IMG/VR virus record: IMGVR_UViG_3300042894_007649
Location: 17,624 to 81,623 of that record
Strand: one strand, 5' to 3'
DNA length: 64,000 nt
DNA from: a virus
Shown: positions 27,074 to 37,285 of the stretch, in pieces
Layout: every line of letters starts with the position of its first letter
Position numbering within the stretch: position 1 is the first letter of the stretch
The notes under the pieces: generated by a model
Told to the model about the DNA's origin: nothing
Databases searched by the model: none
Seen by the model: only the letters and a program-made list of their open reading frames with translations
Translations under genes and position numbers: made by a program

Positions 27074-30000
27074 ATGGATCAACCCATATTAGACAATCTT
27101 AATCGTAATGTTGGAAGCGTTATAACAAGCCTTCAAGCATTAAAAAGTGCATTAGATACTGCTTCTACTGGCACAGCACAACCTGCTGGCGGTGGAAACG
27201 TAAACATGGATGACTTAAAAGACATACTAGGAAAATTCGTCAAAGATTTTAAAGAAGTATCAGAAGAGCAAAAAAAATATACAAAATCTGTCGTCAAAGC
27301 AATGAAAGATGTTATAAAAGCTCGTAGCAGTGGCGGCGGTGGCGGCGGTGGTGGCGGTGGTGGTGGTGGTGGTGGTGGTGGTGGTGGTGGTGGTGGTAAA
27401 AAATCCAAAGCAGACCAAGAAGAAATTAAAAATCTTCAAAGTAAATTGAGCTTAGAATCTCAACTTATCGATTTTGCTGAAAAAAATAGTTTTTATGGTG
27501 AAAATAGTGTCGATACTTTAACTGAAGCATTAAAAATAACTGTTGCTCAACATAAAGTAAGAGCCAATGCTTTAGTCAGCATACAAGGAATTAGTGACGT
27601 TGAAAAACAAGCATTGAAAACAGAATATAAGCGTTTAGAAGCTATTAAGAATGGCCAATATGCTTATTATAACATGGTTAACCAGTTAAGAGAAATTACT
27701 GGTTACATGAATACATTTGAAAGTGGCCTTGGTCTAAAAACCATGGAAACACTGACAAGCGGAATTGTTCAAGAGGAAATGAAATTTACTCAAGAAGTTC
27801 GCAAAGCAGCTTATGAAACAGCAGGACTAACCAAAAATAGTCAATCTCTTCAAAGAACATATGAAGAAATTGGCACTTCTGTTAAAACAACTGGCTTTGA
27901 TAGAACTAAATTTCAACAATCTTATTTAAAATCTTTAAAGAGTGGTGTTAAAGATTTAAAGCAAGCTGTATCATTAACAACAACTCAACTTAACACTGAA
28001 AGCCAATTGGGTCTTGAAGCAGGATCATTACAAGAAACATTCCAATCATTTGCCCAAACAGGAAGAATGACTAATGGTCAACTTGCTGATATGGGTCGTG
28101 GTATGCGTGATGTAGCTAAAAATACTGGATTAACAGGCGAAGCATTAAAAGGAGCAGTTGATTCAAGTCGTGAAATAATTAATCAACTCAGAAATGCAGC
28201 AAGCCTAACAAGCACTGCTGCTAAAAATGTTATAGAAATGAATGCAAATGCCAAAAAACTTGGTGTTGATCAACAGATGTTGCAATTGCAAGGTGGATTG
28301 ACAAGCGGCGCTAAATTACTGATGGACTCATCTTCACAAACTCAGTCAATGATATTTTTAGCAGCAAGTAAAGTTGGAAAAGTAAACGAAGCAATGAACG
28401 GAACTCTTCTTTCAACAAAAGAAGGAATTAAATCTCTTGGCACTGGATTGCAAGGAATTCTTAAAGATTTCGGTGTCGGAAGCCTTGAAGAAATTGATCA
28501 ACTGTCAGCAGAAGCAAAAACAAGATTAAATATTCAACTAAAATCCGTCGTTGGAATGGAATTAGGAGAGTTCCGTTCTTTGATAGAATCTGTAAATGAA
28601 TCAGGAAAAGGTCTTGGAGACAGACTTGGCGATATCAATAAGAAAATGAAAGATAATATAACCGCTGATGAAAAAAGAGCTTTAGTTGAACAAAAGCGCC
28701 AGTTGAAAGCTAGCAAGCAACTTGAAATATTGACAGCACTAGATGAAGCAGCAAAAGGCGCAAAAGATATGAATGGTGCCTTAGCTAAATTTGGCGAAAG
28801 AAGAAAAGATTTTGAAGGCGATTTACAAGCATTAGGATCAAGCTGGCAGAATGAAACACAAGTTGCTAAAGATGCAATCAAGGGAGCAATTGAAAGCGTT
28901 AACAAAGGGCTGAAAGAGGCTGGTAAATCAGAACTTAAAATAGATTCTTCAGAAATAGAAAAGGCTGTTAAAGACCCATCTATGTTAAGGGAATTGACTG
29001 CTAAAATAAGCAAGGGTGAACAACAATTAGCCACTGCACAGAAAGCACAACTTGATCCTGTAACAGAGACAAATCAAAAACTAACTGAAATAAATGACAC
29101 TCTAAGAAATATGTCTCAAAATGTTATATCAAAAATAATGAGCAGCATTTTTGGAAAGTTATTGGTTGTTGGAGCAGTAATTTCTGGAATTGCAGCTTCA
29201 GTTATTGGTCTTGGAATTCAATTAATTGCGATTAAGAAGACATTGCAAAAAATTGCCTTTGGAGATATGAGCAAAGGAGAATCTGAACTAAGTCTTTTAG
29301 ATAACCTAAAATCTGTTTTCACTAGCAAAAAACCAATTGAAGGCGTTAATATTGGTAAAACAGAAACGGAAAAACTAACAGGTCAAACATCTCCAACTAG
29401 TACTGTTACATCAGAAGCGCAAAAGAAAACAAAAGCAGAAACGCAACCGCAAACTCAAACTGTTGCACCTAAACCAGAATCAGTAAACGTAGAAGAAAAA
29501 ATAAGCAAGTCATCAGAAATTCTTACAAAAATTTTAACTACTTTAGATACAATTAAAGATTGTATTTGTAAACCTTCTACACCATTGACTCAACCACCAG
29601 CAGCAGCACCTGATCCAATGGCTGCATTGACACAAGCAAAACCAGCAGCAGCACCTGATCCAATGGCTGCATTGACACAAGCAAAACCAGCAGAGCCAGA
29701 ACCTGTGCAAGTTGCTGAAAAAGCTGCTGGAAAAGCAGCTAAAAAGAAAAAGCTAACTCCAGAAGAAATTGCAGCACTTAAAGCTGAAGGTCAGGCAAGA
29801 AAAGAAGCCGCCAAAGCTAAAGGACTTGATCCAGCAGTTGAAAAATCCATCAGAAGAAATCAAGAAAAGAATATAAAGATGGATACGAAATTAAACAATA
29901 TAGAGAGAAAAGAACAAATAAAAGAAATAAGAAGAGGCAAAAAAGACGATAGAATATTAAGATTAGAAGAGCAAGCTGTAAAACATGAAAGGAAAATGCA

Positions 30001-33000
30001 GAAAAAAGAAACAGCTATGCCTAAAGAAGTAGATGCTCCTAAAGAAGCAGCTACGCCTTGTCCTAGTGTTCCAGATGATGGTTGCCTCGATCCAAAAGCA
30101 ATGGCGGCTAGTGGCGGAAGCATGGTTAAAACAGCAGCCGCTGTTGCTATTTTAGCCGCTGGAGCTTTGGTGTTGGGAACTGCATTGATATTCCTTGGCA
30201 GTAAAGTTCTTAAAGCACTTGGTCTTGATTTAAACAAAATAATGGAAACTGCTGCTGCAATCGCTGCGGTCATCGGCGTTGCTGTAGCCATTTCAGTTGC
30301 TGGCGCTCTTGCAATGAATTGCTTGTCTGAAATTGAACCTGAAATTTCAAAAATACAAAAAAATCTTGGCAAGGCCGTAAAAACAGGAGCAATTCTTGTT
30401 GTCATGGGAACTATTTTGGTCATTCTTGGCGCAGCAATGATTTACTTGGCACGGATGGTTCTAAAGGCACTCAATATGGATGCCTCTACAGCAATTGAAG
30501 TTGCCACTACAGTTGGAGCAATTGCTGGCGTTGTAGGAACAGTTGCCTACGCAACTGTTAAGTTTTTAGAAGCACTTGAAGAACTTGACGCAAACCCAAT
30601 GTGGAAAAAAATTAAAACAAATTATCCAGCAATAGTAAAGAATATTGCCTTGGGAGGATTAGCACTTTTAGTCATATCAGGCGCAATAGTTATCCTTGGC
30701 GCAGCATTGATAAAATTTTCTCAATATATATTAGGAGCATTAGGAGTTGATGCAGCTACTGCTTTTAAAGTTGGATCAACAATAGCCGCAATTATGGTCG
30801 CTGTGGGATTAATTGCACTTGCCACAATTGGATCAATTGGTGGATTACAAGCTCTCGGACAATTAACTGCTTACCTTGTAACACCAGTACCGGGTCCATT
30901 TCCTATTCCTGCTGGTGCCTTGATGCTACTTGGCGCTGACGTTTTGCTTAAACTTGGTCTACCAATTCTTTTGCTTGCTACAGCACTTATGTTTTTTGGC
31001 AAAATAATTCTTGGGGCAGCTGGAATTAATGCAGCTACAGCAATGAAAATTGGAATGACAATTTCTGCCATATTTTTAGCAGTTGGTCTAATTTCTTTGG
31101 CTTTAGGGTTTGCTATGGAAGGCCTAACGTATCTAGGAGCAATAGCAACTATAGTTTTAACTAGTCCTCTGGTAGTATTAATGGAACTAGGAGCATGGGC
31201 ATTATTGCTTGGAGGAGGAGGAATTCTTCTTCTTGGAGTCGCAATAATGTGGCTAGCTAAAACTCTTTTAGCTATTTCGGGATTAAATTTAGCTTCAATT
31301 GCAATGACAACATTGACCGTATATGCATTATTTGCTGGAGTTGCATTAATATCGATTGCTTTGGGTGCTGCGATGGAAGGCCTAATGTATCTAGGAGCAA
31401 TAGCAGGTATACTTATACTTGCAATTCCTTTAATGGAGATTGGCGCAAGAGCTTTATTATTTTTCACACCAGCAATGCTTCTTCTTGCATCTGCAATAAT
31501 ATTGATGGGAATGTTAGTATCGAAATTTATTGTATCGCCAAAACTAGCTGGTCAAACTGCTTACGCTATTGCAACTATTCTTGGCGCTGCTGCACTTATT
31601 GCTGCCGCTGTTGTCGGATTCGCAACTATCGGAATAGCTTTAGGACTTATTGGACTTCTTTCTCCACTTATTGCAGGTCTTATGTTGCCTGCCGCATGGG
31701 GTCTTGGCGTATTGGCTTTCCCAATGATTGAATTTGTACAAGCTGCTGTAAGAATAGCCAAAGATTTGGCAGGAGCAATGCCATTAAACAAAGTAAATGA
31801 ATGTGTTGGCGCTATAGCATCAATTCTTGGTGCTGCTCTGTTAATAGCAGGTATAATACTTGGATTTGCTACAATTGGCACAGGCTTGGGACTTATTGGA
31901 CTTCTTTCTCCACTTATTGCAGGTCTTATGTTGCCTGCTGCATGGGGTCTTGGCGTATTGGCTTTCCCAATGATTGAATTTACACAAGCTGCTGCCAATG
32001 TAGCCAAAGATTTGGCAAAAGCTTTGCCTCCAGCACAAGTGGAAGAAGTAGTTAATGCTGTAACAACAATTTTGAATGGAGCAGCAAAGATAGGCGAATC
32101 AGTATCTGGAATGATTCCTTCAATGCAATATATGTCAATGATAGGACTTATTGCGCCAGTCATTGCTTGGTCAATGAGTGGTGCTGGTGGAGCACTTATC
32201 ACACTTTCTAAACCACTTGCTTTTTTTGCAATTGCCGCACTATATGTTGCGATTTTACTTAATTCTATAATGAAACCCAAAGATGCAGAAGAAGCTGCAA
32301 ATGCTGTGACAACAATTCTGAATGGAGCGGCTAGTATTTCGGATTCCCTGATGAAAATGGTTCCTAAACTTACGGCAATTGGATCAACTGCACTCATCAT
32401 GTTTATGATTGCTCCTATTATGCGTCTTGCTGCTTCAGCACTTTATATCATGTCATGGCCTGTTGTTGAATATGCTAAAGCAATTGTTAGTTTTGCAATG
32501 TCATTGGCAAGTGTAGTTCATCCCGATAAGGCTAAATCTTTATCGCAAGGTGTTGCTTCTATGCTTAGTGCTATAGGAGAAGTGTCGGATGAGTTCCAAA
32601 AAATTAGAAATAAAATTGTCAGTATAGGAATGGGAGAAGGAGTTTTCAAACTTTTCCTTTTTACTTTGCCTGCACTTCGCATGGGAGTCTTTGCTTTCAA
32701 AGCAATGAAAAAACCAATAACTGATTTTATAATTGAAATTGTAAACTTCAGTACTTCCTTGTCAACTATTGTAACTCCAGCTGTTGCTAAAACTGCCACA
32801 AAGACAATAAATGCTACATCTGAAATAATTGCAAAAGTATCAGATATTATGAAGAATTTGAATGAAAAGATTGTTCCCATGACAAAAGCTGGATGGTTTA
32901 CAAAATCTCCTGTTGACATATTGATAGAAGCAAAAAATAAACTAGCAACTTTCTTCCCAGCAATGTTTGGTTTAATAAAATCAATTGTTCTTCAAGTTAA

Positions 33001-36000
33001 CGCTAGCTTTACCGAAACGCAAGGCATTAAATCTGCTTTGAAAATATTGACCTTAATTGGCATGGTTGTAAATGAAGTTTCTAACGCAATTAAATCTCTT
33101 TCAGAAAAGGTTGCTCCATTTGTTAAAAAGGGATGGTGGAGTGGTAAATCGGCATCAGATGAGATAATTGCTGCCAAGACTGACATTAAAAATTTAATAT
33201 TGGCAATTGTAGATTTGATGGGAACTGGAATTGTTGGTCCAATTGCAAAAATGGACAATATTGAAGAAATGAAAAAGGCTGCAAAAATAATGGCCGTAGT
33301 AGCCGTTCTCATGGAATTGACTGGTAAGGCAATTAAGGGGATGGCAGAAGTTGTAGGGACAATGAAATCGGGTTATATTAAAAAAGGTTCTGCTGACATA
33401 ATAAAAGAAAATAAAGATACATTTAAAGAATTTTTTGGAGAAGTTACAAAATTTATCGGTGAAGGAATTGTTGATTCTATTTCTATTATTCCTGATAGTT
33501 CAAGTTTAAGCAAGGCATCATCAACTATGATTGATGTTGCTAGGCTTCTTTGTGCTACAGGATCTACAATCAAGTCTCTTGCTGAAGTTATGAAATTAAT
33601 GGACCCAGTTTCACTTTTCGATAGAAAATCACCAATGCAAAAAATTGTTGAAAAAACTGATAAATTTACAGATTGGTTTGGTAAAATTGGAAAATTTGTC
33701 AAAGAAGGAATAGTAGATCCAACAAATTTAATTTTCACTGACTCAAAAGACATTAATTCTGCTTCGATAATTATAGTTGCTATGGCTAAGATTGCAGCAT
33801 CAATTGTTCCGATGATTAAGAATCTTGCTGAAGCCGTTGCTTTAGCCACAGAAGGTAAAGGAATTTTTGATGCGGCTCCAATGAAGAAAATTGTTGATAG
33901 TAAAGATAAATTTACATATTGGTTTGAGATAATTGGCGTATTTGTGCGTGATGGTATAGTTAAACCAACTTTGAGCGTCATGAAAGATATAGATATAGGA
34001 AAAGCCACTCAAATAATTGTTTCGATGGCAACCATTGCCGCACAAATTGTTCCAATGATAAAAAATCTTGCTTCTGCTGTTGGATTAATGAGTGAAGGAG
34101 GCGTTGACAACATTGATACTGAATGTCCTGTCGATAGAATAATCTCATCAAAAGATAAGTTTACTGATTTTTTCACACAAGTAGCAATGTTTATGCGTGA
34201 TGGAATTGTCAATCCAATTTTGAATGAGTTGAAAGATTTAGACGGAATTCAAAAAGCAGCAAGAATAATGAATGCAATGAATCAATTAATTATAATGATT
34301 CCACAAGTTATCAATAATTTTGTTACAGGACTAATTCCTTTGGTGGAAAACAGTATACAAGACATAGCCAAAGACACACCTGAAGAAAAAATTAAGGCAA
34401 ACTCTGAAAAGCTTAAAGCATTTTTCACAACAACAGCAAGATTTATGCGTGAGGGAATTGTCAATCCAATTTTAAAGGAATTGGATGATTTGGACAGTAT
34501 TCAAAGGGCTGCAAGAATTCTTAATGCTATGAATCAATTGTTGATAAATGTTACAGGTGTAATTAGAAGTTTGGTTTCATTGTTTGGTCCGCTTGATCCT
34601 AATCAGTGTCTTAAAGAGGCACCTATTCAAATGATTTCGAGAATGGCACCTCAATTTACCTTGTGGTTTACAAATGTTGCTTTGTTGATGAGAAATGGCA
34701 TTTTATATCCAATTTTGTTACTATTCCCATCTGAAGAAGAAATGAAAGAGGCTGTTGCTCAGTTGGCAAGAATGATTGAGTTGGTTAAATTGTTACCTGC
34801 ATTTTTAATGCAATTATCCAATTCTATGGATATGTTTTCTGGAGTTGTAGGTGCCTTCAACATAGGACTAAAAGTTACATTTTTTGCAAGTGTATTTACT
34901 TATTTGGCTGATACTTTGAAATATGGAGTTATTAATCCAATATTTGAAATGCCTACTGTTGACGAATTAGATGATGCTATTGATCGCATGAGTGGAATGG
35001 CAGATGTAACTGCGACTGCATCTGGTTTAATGAAATTCTTGTTTGACGTGTTTAATGATTTCAGTAATTCTATTGGCTTATATACAATATTTTTTGGTGC
35101 AAGAAATACAAATTATTTTGCGGACACATTTACTTATTTGGCTGATACTTTGAAATATGGAGTTATTGGTCCAATATTGTATATGCCTACTGTTGATCAA
35201 TTAGATGATGCTATTGATCGCATGAATGGAATGGCTAATGTAACTGAGACTGCATCTGGTTTAATGAAATTCTTGTTTGACGTGTTTAGTGATTTCAGTA
35301 ATTCTATTGGCTTATATACAATATTTTTTGGTGCAAAAAATACAAATTATTTTGCGGACACATTTACTTATTTGGCTAATGTTTTCATGGATGGAATTAT
35401 CGTACCGATTAGAAAATTACCTAGTGTTGATGAATTAAGAGATGCTGTTAATAGAATAGAAGGAATGTCGAATGTTTGTAGTGCGGCTTCTTACGCTATG
35501 GGTAAAATGTTCCGAATATTTGGCGAATTTTCAGAAAAGACAAGCTTTTTTGGAATGATTTTTGGTAGATTTGATCAATACTTCTTCAATAAGACATTTA
35601 CAACTATGGCTGACAGTTTGAAGTACGGTATAATTCAACCAATTCTAAAAAACATGCCTGCTGTATCTGAATTGAATTTAGTTGTTGATAAGTTAAAGGG
35701 ATTGGTTAATATTCTTGATGAAGTTCAAAAAATCATGAATAAAATGCAGGAAACTGTAAGTAATATTGGAAATATTGGTTTTGATTTTAATGCAATTAAA
35801 GAAATGCCTATTGATAAACTTTTGCTTCTTGCAAATCATGCAAAGAAGGGTCTTGATATAGCACAGAGTGTAGAAACAAGTGTATCAAAAACAAGTGTGA
35901 AAGAAGAGCCTTCTGTTGCGGCAACTAAAAAGGCAAACGCAGAGATTTCTGCAATTGTTGAAAATAATTCAAGTAATAAAAATATTACATCTGTAACAGC

Positions 36001-36349
36001 AACTCCAACATCTAAAATTGGAGGAGAATCTTCTATTCAGAGCAAGATAGCTGCCAAGAAGGCATCTGAAGAACCTCAAGCTGCTAAGATTACTGGTAAA
36101 GAGTTGACTGAAATTTCTGAATCTTCAAAAGAACAAACTGAATTAACAGGAGAGCTTGTTGAGTTATTCAAGAAATTCTTAGACTTAATGAAGCCAACAT
36201 CTGGTGGTGGAGGATCTGGCGCAGATACTCCTTCAACTGGACTCAATAGAATCAAGGGTAAGCCTCCGAAAATTTACAAAGCAACTAGTGGATTATTGTC
36301 TAAGGGACCACAAAGACAAGTTGTTAACATGAGTCCATTGCCATCTTAA
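27074..36349 (+). CDS. tail tape measure protein
   Basis: 3091 aa, helical, long Ala/Gly/Ile-rich hydrophobic middle, about 80-aa repeats, immediately upstream of hub/baseplate genes. Confidence 0.85.
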   Translation: MDQPILDNLNRNVGSVITSLQALKSALDTASTGTAQPAGGGNVNMDDLKDILGKFVKDFKEVSEEQKKYTKSVVKAMKDVIKARSSGGGGGGGGGGGGGGGGGGGGGGKKSKADQEEIKNLQSKLSLESQLIDFAEKNSFYGENSVDTLTEALKITVAQHKVRANALVSIQGISDVEKQALKTEYKRLEAIKNGQYAYYNMVNQLREITGYMNTFESGLGLKTMETLTSGIVQEEMKFTQEVRKAAYETAGLTKNSQSLQRTYEEIGTSVKTTGFDRTKFQQSYLKSLKSGVKDLKQAVSLTTTQLNTESQLGLEAGSLQETFQSFAQTGRMTNGQLADMGRGMRDVAKNTGLTGEALKGAVDSSREIINQLRNAASLTSTAAKNVIEMNANAKKLGVDQQMLQLQGGLTSGAKLLMDSSSQTQSMIFLAASKVGKVNEAMNGTLLSTKEGIKSLGTGLQGILKDFGVGSLEEIDQLSAEAKTRLNIQLKSVVGMELGEFRSLIESVNESGKGLGDRLGDINKKMKDNITADEKRALVEQKRQLKASKQLEILTALDEAAKGAKDMNGALAKFGERRKDFEGDLQALGSSWQNETQVAKDAIKGAIESVNKGLKEAGKSELKIDSSEIEKAVKDPSMLRELTAKISKGEQQLATAQKAQLDPVTETNQKLTEINDTLRNMSQNVISKIMSSIFGKLLVVGAVISGIAASVIGLGIQLIAIKKTLQKIAFGDMSKGESELSLLDNLKSVFTSKKPIEGVNIGKTETEKLTGQTSPTSTVTSEAQKKTKAETQPQTQTVAPKPESVNVEEKISKSSEILTKILTTLDTIKDCICKPSTPLTQPPAAAPDPMAALTQAKPAAAPDPMAALTQAKPAEPEPVQVAEKAAGKAAKKKKLTPEEIAALKAEGQARKEAAKAKGLDPAVEKSIRRNQEKNIKMDTKLNNIERKEQIKEIRRGKKDDRILRLEEQAVKHERKMQKKETAMPKEVDAPKEAATPCPSVPDDGCLDPKAMAASGGSMVKTAAAVAILAAGALVLGTALIFLGSKVLKALGLDLNKIMETAAAIAAVIGVAVAISVAGALAMNCLSEIEPEISKIQKNLGKAVKTGAILVVMGTILVILGAAMIYLARMVLKALNMDASTAIEVATTVGAIAGVVGTVAYATVKFLEALEELDANPMWKKIKTNYPAIVKNIALGGLALLVISGAIVILGAALIKFSQYILGALGVDAATAFKVGSTIAAIMVAVGLIALATIGSIGGLQALGQLTAYLVTPVPGPFPIPAGALMLLGADVLLKLGLPILLLATALMFFGKIILGAAGINAATAMKIGMTISAIFLAVGLISLALGFAMEGLTYLGAIATIVLTSPLVVLMELGAWALLLGGGGILLLGVAIMWLAKTLLAISGLNLASIAMTTLTVYALFAGVALISIALGAAMEGLMYLGAIAGILILAIPLMEIGARALLFFTPAMLLLASAIILMGMLVSKFIVSPKLAGQTAYAIATILGAAALIAAAVVGFATIGIALGLIGLLSPLIAGLMLPAAWGLGVLAFPMIEFVQAAVRIAKDLAGAMPLNKVNECVGAIASILGAALLIAGIILGFATIGTGLGLIGLLSPLIAGLMLPAAWGLGVLAFPMIEFTQAAANVAKDLAKALPPAQVEEVVNAVTTILNGAAKIGESVSGMIPSMQYMSMIGLIAPVIAWSMSGAGGALITLSKPLAFFAIAALYVAILLNSIMKPKDAEEAANAVTTILNGAASISDSLMKMVPKLTAIGSTALIMFMIAPIMRLAASALYIMSWPVVEYAKAIVSFAMSLASVVHPDKAKSLSQGVASMLSAIGEVSDEFQKIRNKIVSIGMGEGVFKLFLFTLPALRMGVFAFKAMKKPITDFIIEIVNFSTSLSTIVTPAVAKTATKTINATSEIIAKVSDIMKNLNEKIVPMTKAGWFTKSPVDILIEAKNKLATFFPAMFGLIKSIVLQVNASFTETQGIKSALKILTLIGMVVNEVSNAIKSLSEKVAPFVKKGWWSGKSASDEIIAAKTDIKNLILAIVDLMGTGIVGPIAKMDNIEEMKKAAKIMAVVAVLMELTGKAIKGMAEVVGTMKSGYIKKGSADIIKENKDTFKEFFGEVTKFIGEGIVDSISIIPDSSSLSKASSTMIDVARLLCATGSTIKSLAEVMKLMDPVSLFDRKSPMQKIVEKTDKFTDWFGKIGKFVKEGIVDPTNLIFTDSKDINSASIIIVAMAKIAASIVPMIKNLAEAVALATEGKGIFDAAPMKKIVDSKDKFTYWFEIIGVFVRDGIVKPTLSVMKDIDIGKATQIIVSMATIAAQIVPMIKNLASAVGLMSEGGVDNIDTECPVDRIISSKDKFTDFFTQVAMFMRDGIVNPILNELKDLDGIQKAARIMNAMNQLIIMIPQVINNFVTGLIPLVENSIQDIAKDTPEEKIKANSEKLKAFFTTTARFMREGIVNPILKELDDLDSIQRAARILNAMNQLLINVTGVIRSLVSLFGPLDPNQCLKEAPIQMISRMAPQFTLWFTNVALLMRNGILYPILLLFPSEEEMKEAVAQLARMIELVKLLPAFLMQLSNSMDMFSGVVGAFNIGLKVTFFASVFTYLADTLKYGVINPIFEMPTVDELDDAIDRMSGMADVTATASGLMKFLFDVFNDFSNSIGLYTIFFGARNTNYFADTFTYLADTLKYGVIGPILYMPTVDQLDDAIDRMNGMANVTETASGLMKFLFDVFSDFSNSIGLYTIFFGAKNTNYFADTFTYLANVFMDGIIVPIRKLPSVDELRDAVNRIEGMSNVCSAASYAMGKMFRIFGEFSEKTSFFGMIFGRFDQYFFNKTFTTMADSLKYGIIQPILKNMPAVSELNLVVDKLKGLVNILDEVQKIMNKMQETVSNIGNIGFDFNAIKEMPIDKLLLLANHAKKGLDIAQSVETSVSKTSVKEEPSVAATKKANAEISAIVENNSSNKNITSVTATPTSKIGGESSIQSKIAAKKASEEPQAAKITGKELTEISESSKEQTELTGELVELFKKFLDLMKPTSGGGGSGADTPSTGLNRIKGKPPKIYKATSGLLSKGPQRQVVNMSPLPS
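27332..27397 (+). repeat. (GGY)22 poly-glycine trinucleotide repeat
   Basis: Directly visible. Confidence 0.95.
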
Positions 36350-36370
36350 TTAATTTAAAAGGAATAATAA

Positions 36371-36943
36371 ATGAACGCTACCATACCTGATGGTCAAATG
36401 AATGTACTGGAAAAATGTTACATTGATATTCCATCATTATCAATTACACTAAAGATGCAATCTTTGCCAGATATTAGTGATGGAAAAGGCGCACAATATG
36501 GAGATGAAACATCAATCGGTAGAAGTACTCCTTTCAAAACTTATCAGAATTCTGATAATAGGACAATTGGATGGACTGCTCATTATATGGTAACTCAAGA
36601 AAAAGATATACCATTGCTTTTTAGTTACATAAGAGCAGTTCAGGCGGCAGTTTATCCATTTGACTCAAAAGATTCAAATTTAGGCGGCAATGTTGCTGGT
36701 AATGGAGGTGCTCCATATGCTCCTCCTCCTGTTTGTAAGCTTCAGTGTGGCGATCTTTTATCAAAAGTAGGACCAATTAATGCTGTGTTAAAATCATATA
36801 GTATTAAATTCGACCCTTCTGTTCCTTGGGATGAAAAAACTTATTTGCCTTATAAATTTGATTTAGACTTAAGTTTTGATGTTATTTATAATCAATCGGA
36901 TTTGCCGGGTGCAAATAGAATTTTTAATGATAGTAGTCTTTAA
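36371..36943 (+). CDS. tail tube-like baseplate hub / tube initiator
   Basis: GRSTPFKTYQNSDNRTI...APPPVCKLQCG...VLKSYSI pattern; position after the tape measure gene. Confidence 0.65.
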   Translation: MNATIPDGQMNVLEKCYIDIPSLSITLKMQSLPDISDGKGAQYGDETSIGRSTPFKTYQNSDNRTIGWTAHYMVTQEKDIPLLFSYIRAVQAAVYPFDSKDSNLGGNVAGNGGAPYAPPPVCKLQCGDLLSKVGPINAVLKSYSIKFDPSVPWDEKTYLPYKFDLDLSFDVIYNQSDLPGANRIFNDSSL

Positions 36944-36956
36944 TTATCGAGGAAAT

Positions 36957-37283
36957 ATGGCTAATTTAATAGAAGAGACGGCAATAAACCCTAAAAGATT
37001 TGTTCCAGTATCTAGCAGATATTCTGATGCTACTGTCATTTATTATACTGAAAACAAATTAATGACATATAAAATTTACAAAAAAAATATTATACAAACG
37101 AGTAACAGAGATAGATATTATGTAGTAACAGCAGGATCTGAATATCGTCCTGACTTAGTTTCAAATAAAGTTTATGGTTCTCCTGATTTTTGGTGGAAAA
37201 TAATGGAGGCCAACAATATAAAAGATATTTTTGATTTCAAGACGGGTATTAATATTCGTTTACCAGATGCTATTTTAGGATAA
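36957..37283 (+). CDS. LysM-like / T4 gp53-like baseplate wedge protein
   Basis: RPDLVSNKVYGSPDFWWKIMEANNI...IRLP; GAGG SD before ATG 36957. Confidence 0.8.
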   Translation: MANLIEETAINPKRFVPVSSRYSDATVIYYTENKLMTYKIYKKNIIQTSNRDRYYVVTAGSEYRPDLVSNKVYGSPDFWWKIMEANNIKDIFDFKTGINIRLPDAILG

Positions 37284-37285
37284 CT

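Noticed and set aside
26504-27074. Tail assembly chaperone with a programmed frameshift before the tape measure gene
   Set aside because: The upstream gene looks gp2-like and no overlapping extension ORF is present
27133-34464. Many antisense ORFs inside the tape measure gene, including a poly-Pro ORF
   Set aside because: Codon-bias shadows of an Ala/Ile/Gly-rich gene
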